Made by a program: the position numbers and the translations under genes
Shown here: positions 54,125 through 64,000 of the stretch, piece by piece
Layout: each line of letters opens with the position of its first letter
How positions within the stretch are numbered: position 1 is the stretch's first letter
The notes under the pieces: generated by a model
The model's database searches: none
Told to the model about the DNA's origin: nothing
What the model saw: only the letters and a program-made list of their open reading frames with translations
NCBI GenBank assembly: GCA_037379345.1
Contig: CM074515.1
Coordinates: forward strand, 22,320,001-22,384,000
DNA length: 64,000 bases
Source: Perna viridis
Taxonomy: Eukaryota
Direction of reading: 5' to 3'

Positions 54125-54945
54125 GTAATCAAGGGAACCAAGATCCTAGTGGAAATCAAAAGAATGTAATCTAGGGGCATAGACCAGACAGGGAATACAG
54201 ACACATACATACACACACACACCAAAGAACATAAAATAACCAAAATAGTACATACAAAGTAACAGAAGTAAATGAGCAATTGTGACTCCACTAAGAACTG
54301 GGAGCATAGACCAGGTGCACCGGAAGTGTATGCATCCTTTACTTTTCTAAAAACACTGCTGAGTTGCTTATAAAAAGTCAAGTCCAGGCTAGAAGGAAGA
54401 GGAAAAAAAAACTATGACATGTTGAACAAATCTGTTCTCATGGTGGAGATGGACATACCGTAACGATCCACGAGTTCATGATGACGACCAAAAATATTAA
54501 CGTAACCGTGTTTCAGAAGCCTAGTTGTAAGAAATCTAGCGCAATACAAAAAGTCTGCATTGTCATGGCAATCTCTGTCATAACATATGAGTTGTGATAC
54601 GAAATCTCCATGTGCAGATGGTGAGAGAATGTTGCCACAGATGGACAGAAAGTTTACAATATGGAATGAAAAATCATCGCATTTGTCGTATATTTTGGTC
54701 AGTAGTTTTCCTCTACCATTGATCTCTAAGTGTAGGTCAAGATATGAGGCTGACTTCACAGTGTCTATAGAATCCTTTTTCTGAAGTTCTTTGGGGTAGA
54801 TGTGATTTATCAAATCCCAAAAACTAGGATTCTTTAATGATAATACATCATCTATATGGCGGAAACTGAGATTAAAGGATCTATCTAAATGATGTTCCTT
54901 CTTTTGGATCAAATCAGCTGTAGAGTCAGCCTCATGCAAGTGAAT
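54125..54945 (-). pseudogene. 5'-truncated, decayed Penelope-like retroelement (RT C-terminal part plus 3' UTR), Naiad-like
   Basis: ORF 54412-54939 with FRHIDDVLSL (YIDD altered), SASYLDLHLEI and TKIYDKCDDFSF.IVNF motifs. No C-terminal GIY-YIG. Followed by a CTTCCGGTGCACCTG.../T-rich 3' segment. Confidence 0.85.
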
Positions 54946-55845
54946 GGAAGTAGATTTTTCACATACTATACTTGCTAATTTTATTTTTTTATATGAATCC
55001 CTGTCAGGAGGGGAAGGGTATTGAATTATTTCTTATTCTTTCTTTGTCATTTTGTCTTCATAAAGTTTGATTGTTTTAACTATCATTTATACATGTAGCA
55101 TTAGTACACATTTTCATCTTTGTAGTATTTAAAAATATATAAAATGATCCTAGCTCCCTGCCCACAAACAAAAAAGATCTACATGTACTTTGTGGGAGGA
55201 GGTTGGCAGATACAAAACAGTTTAATAGACTTTGTATATGTACATGTATCAAATTGCTTTAAAGTTGTAGATTGGAAAACCCATTTAGTGACTCTATTTT
55301 AAAAATTAAAAAGAAATCTTCGACCTTGCATGTGATCATATCATTTAAATGCCTACATGTGGCTATAAAATGTGCATGTGAAGTAGATTAATAAATGTTA
55401 TTAAATGGTATAACATTTTGTAAAGTAGTTTAAATTCTTGAATAAGTTTATAAGATACATGTACATGTACAATAAATATGTATATAAAACTGTCAGACAA
55501 GAAAGTATAGAATTTCTTGGTGGCTCCATTGATTATCAATATGATTTTAAATAGATGTACATATATGAAGTAAGAAATGCCCCATTTACAGGAGAGACAT
55601 AAAAGTACACATATGTGATGTGTTCTTGGTTATTTTTAACAAAAAAATATCTACTATTCATGTACATGTATAGGCCAGATTAAAAGTACATTTGTACATT
55701 TATCATCTTTGAATCTATGTTATTACAGTTACTGTCCTATACAGACAGTTCAGTCTACAATTGCTGTATATTCAATACTTTTGCATTATTCTTAAAATTT
55801 AATTGTATTTTATAATGACTATTTTCATTATATATTTTGTTACAG

Positions 55846-55965
55846 ACAATAACAGGGGCCATGAGTACACTAAATCCTCCCGTTCCTTTAGAAAATCCAG
55901 ATAACCAATTTCGAGTGGATTACATGCAAGATAAAGCCAGTCAAAAAGATTTTGATTATCCTCCT
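55846..55965 (+). CDS. GNAS: G alpha-s coding exon 4: [40 protein letters not shown]
   Basis: Acceptor ttttgttacAG, donor CCT|GTAAGT, 120 nt, phase 0-0. Typical Gs helical-domain sequence. Confidence 0.96.
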
Positions 55966-58900
55966 GTAAGTATATACTGTAAAGTAGCACTCCAGCTAAG
56001 AATCATGCAAAATGTGATTCATGGGTGAACAGCCTACACATTTTTATTTTTGATATTTTGTTTGAATTGCCATAGTAAACAGAAATTATATTCAGTTTTT
56101 CATATAACCCGTGTTCTTAGGAGATAAAAATTATATAGAATGCACTGTAAATTTCAAAAGTAAGGGAGATAACTCTGTAAATGACATCCAAATACAATAG
56201 AATCTATTGGATTTTCAATGTCAATTATCTCCTAAGAGCAGGCAGATTTGAATGAATAATTACACATTTCATAGTATAGACCCATAAAACAACTTAATTA
56301 CAAAAATAAAAATATGTAGCCTTTTTTGGGGTGTATCACATTTCTCAGATTTTGCATGATTCTTACAAAGACAGTTACTTAATAAGTGACATCCAGTCAA
56401 GACAACTTTGAATTTTGAGAGCACATGCACATTTGCATACTAACCAGTGTCATTAGCAAATTGTCAACCAGCCTGTGCACTCCCCACAATTTTCTAGTGG
56501 CACATTGCATTCTACAATACCAGAGTTCAACATGTTCCTTTAGGCCCATCTTTCAATGTATACAGGACATATTATGGTACACCATTGTCCATCTATTGTT
56601 TACATTTTGTTCAGTAAATAACTCAAAGACCCTTCCACCAATTTTTATGAAACTTTGGTACATTTTTTCTTTTTGTTGATGTGAATTCCTTTTATATTTT
56701 TTTTTAACCAATTTCAGATTTTTTGTTTTTGAGTTACAAATGTATGTGATTTTTTCATTTAAAGATGGTTTGATTTTCTGTTTTGGGACTATTATTCAAA
56801 AACACTTTCTGCAACTTCTGTTGAGGTAGGCTCTTTAGTGTAAGAGTTATTGGATATTTGTCAATGGGGGATTTCCTGTTAACTCTAAAAAGCATTTCAG
56901 CAATTTCCATGTTACTTTCAAAGAATTATGTATTTTCTGTGGATGTTAGCTTCCTATTGAATATAAAAAAAAAAAATCAAATTTTACATTTTTGAGTTTT
57001 TAGGGGGACAGTCTAATTCAGCAGTGGTCTCAATCATATAGGTATTCATCAATTTTCATTTTAAGTATTTAGTCGAGCTTGGCTGAAAGAGACTGGGGTA
57101 TCCTGTACTTATGGTGCAGCTCTTTATAACTAAAAGTAATAGGTGTAATACCCTCAATGAATTGTAAGGGGAAAAATGTAATTGTCTGTTTCCTGTTGCC
57201 CTACCGACCTGGACTCAAAACTCAAAATTTATATCGATTTATATATTATATATGGTGAAAAGAAATGTGGAACTGTGAAGACTGAAAAGCTTGTTTTCAA
57301 ATAAACCGAGCTACATGTATCTTATTTACTATCTACTGGCCACCAGAGTTTTATGGGCCTACCTTCACTAGAATCCAAGAGAACTTCTGGCCACAAACTT
57401 TGAAAACAAATATAAGGGTATGGTGCTATTGTCATCTGTGTTGTCTGTAAGCACATGGCTTTTGTGTGATAACTTGAATATTACTGGTGGACCTTAAAAT
57501 TTTTACCACAGTGATTCGAACCAGTATATAAACAGATGTGAAAAGGGGCCAAATGCAAGTACAATGTAGTTTAAATATTACTGAAGAATATTGGTATGGA
57601 TCTCTATGTTTCTGTGCATTGTATTACTGAATCTATACCAATGAATTCAGATGTAGATTGATTTTTGAGGTGTTTACTGTGTCCACAGAGGTATAAGTGG
57701 CTATAAGGGATCAAAACCCAACGTTTCTGGTTACTGGACAATAGCTTGAATAAGAAGTGTAAGTATTTGTATGAAATGGTACTGTAAAAAGTTCTATAAT
57801 GCAGAAGTAATGTTTTGATGGATTAAAAGGGTTATGGCTCTTAAGATATAGGAAGTAAGGGTGAAAAAGAGATCCAAAATAAGCATTTTCTACAACATCA
57901 TATACATTGCTTATTTTTTTTTGTCTTACTGCAAGTGTCTCTGGTCAGAATCTTGTCATCTTGTCAAACATTAAGTATGATTTACAAGCTGCATATCATG
58001 TTTTGATGTTGAGTTCATATTTGTCTCAACTGATTGACATCCTCAGCTGAATGAAATTTCTCCCTGTAAAGCACTTTATTTTGGTTGTGTTTTATCTGTA
58101 ATGTTCATGTTTGACTCCCTATTGCTGAAGTCCCAGATATGTGCATTAGTTCTGATGTTGTCTTGCTTGTTTCCTGCTGACCAAACTCAATGAAATTACT
58201 TCAAGCCCGGGAAAATTCTTAACATTTTGTGATATCACAGTCATTAAAATTCAGTAAGACTTCTGTTCGAATGCATCTTTTTGTACTATGAAATTAAATC
58301 TTTCCACCTACATTTTGTACATGTAAACACTGGTCTTTTGAGCTTTTTCCCACTTAGGTTTCTTTGTACTTGAAGTACATGTACAGCTTATATAAATCTC
58401 AAGTAAGATCAAGGTTACTTAGCTATACCAAATTATTTTTTCCAATTCCAGGCCTTTAAATTGTTGCTCTGAATGGTACCTTTTTGTATACAGTTACATT
58501 TAGTCTAAAAGCGAGTCCTGTACTAATGCTTCATCATGTTGAAAAATGAAAATCGTTTGTATCCTCATTAGAATTAATTTGGTGCATGCTTATCTAAAGT
58601 CACCATTGTGGAGTACACAAAAATCCTGGTAGTGAAGATGTGCACAAAGTAAGACTTGTGTCTGTTGTGCACAGCATTGAGTGTGAAGGACAATTTTATT
58701 GCTGATCTAATACTAAGTAAAATGTTTCCATCACAGCCATCCCCCTTCTGGTTGAAATTAGTCAAGACCATATTTTTGCTGAATTGTCTAAGATAAACTT
58801 CGCTTAAGAGAATCAATGTTATTATTTAATTTCTGAAGCTGAACGGGAGTCAGGTATACTGCCTGCCATTTGTTGATTGATCGTAAACAGAATTGATTTT

Positions 58901-59919
58901 TCTCTGTACAACATAATGTGTGATTGGCCAGGGAGCACTATACCAATGATGGGTCAGGTTATTTTTAGCAACAGATGGCATAATTCACTGCAGAAAATAG
59001 GAAGAGATAGATAAATTTAGCTTGACAGATAGAACTACACAGACTGCAAGTTTTAGGGGCCTTTCAAGGGGGAGGGTATTAATATAGAAAAAGAGCATTG
59101 TATATTCATTTCATAGCAGTGTTAATCTTATATCAATGGGGTATATGTTATGTATACACTGCCATCGTTTTTGCTGCGTTATTTGGCGACTATGAGGTAA
59201 GACGTGTGGTTTCGTAAGATGTTCATTGTCTGACTACCATTTTGTATTTTTTACCAAGACTATTAAAAAATGCCCCTTTGAAATTCAAAGGATCATTAAA
59301 AATAGCCCATTCTCAAAACTTTAGGCCCAATCACTGTCATGGACATTAAGAATTAAAATCTGGTAAAACAAAATGGTATGACAGAGAAATCTAATGCACT
59401 CTTGGGTAATAAATCCAGGTTCTTTCCAACGTGAAAAATTACTTTGGTGAAGGTGTTGTAGGGACAGAACTGTAACCCTTAGCCAGCAAAGATGAGTCTT
59501 AAAATACATTAGAAAAAAAAAGAAATACAAACTTAGTATTCTGAAGCATGGGTAACTCAAATTTTATGCACAATGCATAAGTGAATTTGTGCTAATTGAT
59601 GAAGTCTGTACCATGTTGTCTTCAGATGTAAACAATGAAGGAAAGACTTTTATGTCTTACAACTTTCTAATACTGACAATCTTGCAGAGGTTCAAATGTA
59701 CAAGACATCTGAACATTCATTATGATCTCAAATGTTCAAATAAGTGGTGGTCAATAGTCTGGAACCCTCATTTTCTTAGCTAAGACCATTGAAACTTCAT
59801 TTATCTGGGTCTTTGACCTTCATTTTGATTTTCCTCAAGTGTAAAATTTATTTGAAACTTGAAAAAAAAATCAGGACCTTTCACTTGAATCCCTAATTCA
59901 TAAAATGGATGGCTTGAAA

Positions 59920-59978
59920 TTGACTAATTGTTGGGGTTTAAAGCCCAAGCAGCAATATTTCAGCTATATTCAGGCGAA
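59920..59978 (-). mobile_element. SINE 3' tail fragment
   Basis: Reverse complement reads TCGCCTGAATATAGCTGAAATATTGCTGCTTGGGCTTTAAACCCC, same family as 51766-51825. Confidence 0.65.
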
Positions 59979-60845
59979 GGATGGCTTTAGTGGATATTCC
60001 TTGTGCAATACTGAATGCTTTACTAATACAATGTAATGTACCAACTCCTCCACATCTATGTATATATGAGTCTATTCATGAATGGTTGAATGCTAGAATG
60101 ACACTTAGAAATATCAGGTCAGTCACCCCAAGTTTTTAATAACCATTACCCATATAAACATAATGTTACTTTTTTCAAGTGGATATTCTTTGTCAGAGGC
60201 AAAAAAAGACACTGTCACTACATTCTGTTCTGTTGAAAAAAGAAAGTGTATTGTAATTGCACTTAGTTGCATTGTAGTGAGCATTTACATTTTTCAATAA
60301 CTGTCAGATTTCCAATGTTGACATTCTATTTGTGGAAGTATTGATACTGGGCCCAAGGTTGTAATTTTATGATCCATTATGTAACTTTACTGCATGAAAA
60401 TGCATTATCACTGACTGATCTAAACTTGGTGCTCTCCTTGATCAGAACGTGAGATAACTTCCAAGGATCTTTCCAATCTTCTTTTGATTGTAGGAGCAAT
60501 CAAAAGTTCTGATGTGCATTTAAATGATTGGAGGACTTGTTGAGGGAATTTGTCCATCATTTTCAGGAAGAGCCAGTGAAGCATATCATTTGTAGATGAT
60601 AGTTGAAATATGATGATTTACTGAGTGATGTAACAAAGAATTATTTATCATTATACATGTACATGTACGGTTGCTGTAGAATGGAGCTAAACATTATCAT
60701 GATACAAAATTTGAAGACTTAAAGATTAAACAGCAAAAAAATGATTTAAAATGATAGATCATGGTTCTAATGCTTTTTACAGCTTACAAATTGCACTTAT
60801 TTCAAAGAGTTGATTCAGTTCAGGCCAGTAGACCCATCAACATAA

Positions 60846-61048
60846 GGAAGTAGGCCTAGGTTAAGGGGCATAACTCTTACAAATCATTGGTATGCTTGTG
60901 TAAACCTATATATCTCATGTGAGCATTCAAGTTACTTGGATTGATTTCATTCTGTTTCAAATGAATGCTTTATAGGCTTTGAAATTGTAGAATATATGTA
61001 TATATTACTGATTTCAAGAGTTATGTCCCTTAACCTAGGTCTACCTCC
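60846..61048 (-). mobile_element. Family A MITE (G alpha-s intron 4)
   Basis: GGAAGTAGGCCTAGG...CCTAGGTCTACCTCC with the conserved core. Confidence 0.8.
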
Positions 61049-61222
61049 TTGATTTGGATGAATAAGACACCTTCTTCAGTTAAATTGGGTGGCAACATGG
61101 AAGGTTTAATGTAACAAGGTTGTTCTGGAGGCAGGAAACAACTTTCTTATTGTTTTGGCCTGATTTATATGCATGTGTGTGTACATCAGCCACATTATAC
61201 TAATGAGGTATTTTTTTTATAG

Positions 61223-61320
61223 GAATTTTATGAACACACAGAAATTTTATGGAAAGACAAAGGAGTACAAGCATGTTATGAAAGATCTAATGAATATCAG
61301 TTAATTGATTGTGCCCAATA
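61223..61320 (+). CDS. GNAS: G alpha-s coding exon 5: [33 protein letters not shown] (gene continues beyond window)
   Basis: Acceptor ttttttttatAG, donor TA|GTAAGT, 98 nt. Conserved [11 protein letters not shown] motif. Confidence 0.97.
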
Positions 61321-62829
61321 GTAAGTATTGCTTTTTAGTATGAGTCTTAATAAGAATCAGACAGGAGGTGATTCATGCAAGTCAAAAATCCACAGAGATC
61401 ACATTTATTTCCAGTTCAGTTACAGACCATATAACAAGTCATAGTTTTTCATACTGTTGTTGCACGTTTATGATCAATCTTGATTTGGTTGAATCAGGTG
61501 GGAGATGAATGTATGGTTTTCTCCAAAATACAATGGACTTCAAGTATGAAAAAATATGATATACATATGTAGATTGAAAAAGCATTGTTTGTTTGATGTT
61601 TTTTTTTTCTATATCATGAATCACCTCTACTATTGGCAGTTTCTGAATTTATATGGATCAGTACATAATGTCACTACATGTAGGGCATGCTGCATAAGTC
61701 TCATGGACAGAAGCAATCCCTGATGTGTAAACAAAAGTTCCTTTCTAAACATCTTATGTACGCTGGATTTTTTGCTTTTTCCAAATTATGTGGGGGAGCA
61801 TGTACATAACTTATTTTCAACAAGTTAGTGAGAACTGTGACACATGATGTTTTTTTATGTCACCTCTTTAATGTCATCAGAAATTGATTTGGGATTGAAA
61901 AGTTCAAGCTACTAATGTAAAAGTATTTTTTGTTTGTCTTTTTAGAGAGAATTAAAAATGAACACTGTGTTTTGCATTAATCCCAGTTATAGCCCATATT
62001 GAAAATCGTTGGTTTTTATAGGTTGTTAGATGTAAATTCACTTTCTAGCATTATATCAATATAAAAGATCCCAATTTTTAACCCTTACTAACCAGCAACT
62101 GTCAAAGCCAGAAGTTCTGTATAAGAACACATTTATTTATGGTATTTTCACACTTCCATATAGTACCAATCTGTATATAGGAGCAGATCCTTTTGTTTAA
62201 AGTGTTGTGTCAGTTCACGGGATATGAATTCTATATCCATTCAATCATAGCCAGAAATCTGATCTATAAATATCTCTATGGCTCATCTAACTAATGAAGG
62301 TTTTTTACCTGTCTGGAATGTAGGTTAGATCAATAATTCATCAATATACTTTAATGTAGGTCATTTCAAAGTAGAATTTATCCATTTAATAAATTATGGT
62401 ACATGTGTTGATGAGAAATGTCATGTTATATTTTTTTTCATGGGCTATGACTTAAGTTTATAAAACATTATTGGTTTTACAAGCAAATACCCTCAAAATG
62501 TACATGAGTTTAGAAAAAAAATTGTTTGTATATGTAGTAAACCCTTGTTTTCTGTGGGATGAATTAATTATAAACTGCATAAAATCTTAATTAATATTAC
62601 AATTTTACTATGAACTAAGTTTGGTCTGTGGCATTGTCCCTTTAGGGTTAAGGACCTAAAAGTGTTTAAATTGAGCATTTTAGTAATTGAATTCAACACA
62701 TTCTACACCAAACACTGATTTATGGGGTAAATAATGAATGTGTTCAGCTATAGTATGCAATTACTTACCCATTTATAATGCATGTTGAGCCACTCTCCTG
62801 CAGTATATAAGAAAGGGTCTGTTCACTGC

Positions 62830-63171
62830 AGGGTAAGCAAGTCTCATCATGTGACCCCATGATTTCGTGAGAATGGGTCTTAGTCTACCATTCAAAAGCA
62901 TGGAGATTTGTCATTTAGAAAGCGTTGAGTTCAGTGTAAAGGGCAAAACATCTTTTTGAGTAATAAATACAGATAAAAATGACAAATATCTATTTCTACA
63001 TGATAAAGGTGTTAAGAAAAAACATAAAATATTAAATTTTGCATTGTTATACAGCGTTTCGAGTAACCGAAAGTATACAATAAAATGTAGATCGGTCTTC
63101 GGTTGTCAATACATTCTACGTCGGAAATTCTGGTAAAGAAAATAAAACTAGAATGAGACTTACATACCCTA
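62830..63171 (+). mobile_element. MITE family B, single-unit copy
   Basis: AGGGTAAGCAAGTCTCA...TGAGACTTACATACCCTA; shares AGAATGGGTC.TAGTCTACCATTCAA etc. with the 36-kb copy. Confidence 0.75.
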
Positions 63172-64000
63172 TTGCAATTGACCTCTTCTGACTCTCTTTG
63201 GGTTTGGTAATTGTCTCAGTTTACTGTATACACTTCTATTTCTATGATGCATGTTTATAGCAAGTTTTTAAATCTGTTTAATTAAAGACGGATACCATTT
63301 GGTTTCTCCTAGCCCTACTTGTAAATTATTTGACGGTTTTTATCCAAACTTTCAACGAAAATCGGGTAAATTTGGAATACTGTGGTAGATAGACCTTATT
63401 AGAATATGAAGCTTAGATGCTATGAAATCAGGTAATAAAGAACTAAGAACCTGTGCAATAGACCCTTCTGGTTCACTTCGGGGTAGTTGATGAGTATGAG
63501 TGACATATACTACCATAAGGTAGGGCATAGGGTAGAACAGAAGGAAGTGTAGCCAACCTCTTGCAGTGAACAAACAAGAAAGGGTCTGTTCACCATTGTA
63601 ATTGACCTATTCTGACTCGCTATGGGCCATGACATCAATTAACAGCACAGCCTTATCATGTTGATACTCAAGAGGCCAGTTCTATGTAGTACATGCATTG
63701 TACATACATTATTCAGGTCATAAAGAAGTTGGTAATCTTTTACCCAGACAAGTTTTCCATACACACTGTCTAAGCCATAAATGTGTTAGAGCTTTTACTT
63801 GGCCTCAATTGTGGACAAAAGGATTAAAAACCTACAGTTTGTGTTTCCATTTTGTTGCTTCTTATGATTATGTGTTTGTAAGAATATTACAAGGTTGTTG
63901 AACTCCTACAAAAAGAAAATGTATAATTTAATCACCACATATGTCGTGAATATTCTTGGCAAGCTGACTATAATCTGTAACTGCTTGCTGATTTCTACTC

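Noticed and set aside
54412-54939. Active or domesticated reverse transcriptase
   Set aside because: 5'-truncated, YIDD changed to HIDD, many substitutions at conserved positions and an apparent internal deletion.
229-63901. Most 60-130-aa ORFs in the six-frame track
   Set aside because: Low-complexity F/I/L/K-rich translations of AT-rich introns and repeats, or antisense shadows of real exons. Only those overlapping the exons and RT fragment above are supported.

Overview
AT-rich animal genomic DNA with spliceosomal introns; the repeat content suggests a bivalve mollusc (inference). Two genes diverge head-to-head with about 9 kb between start codons. (1) Minus strand: a GSE1 (genetic suppressor element 1) homologue running off the left edge. 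Splice phases support a long isoform: a 2.13-kb first coding exon (39615-41744) with five CxxC...FPF...CxxC...QW repeats, then a 70-nt exon (38342-38411), a ~37.5-kb intron, and the GSE1-like exons 667-876 and 1-161. They also support a short isoform from an internal first exon (25588-25696). (2) Plus strand: G protein alpha-s, five coding exons (50748-61320), continuing past the right edge. Introns and spacer carry many non-autonomous elements: five Kolobok-type TTAA MITEs (one with a nested insertion), a 1.46-kb CACTA/EnSpm-type element upstream of G-alpha-s, TA-flanked MITEs, Helentron-like pieces, SINE tails and a decayed Penelope-like RT. The spacer also holds a ~400-nt GC-rich, densely hairpinned SINE-like element with a non-tRNA head and possibly a decayed multi-exon gene. 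No rRNA, tRNA or CRISPR array was seen. All analysis was by eye; repeat-family names and homologies come from memory and need database confirmation.
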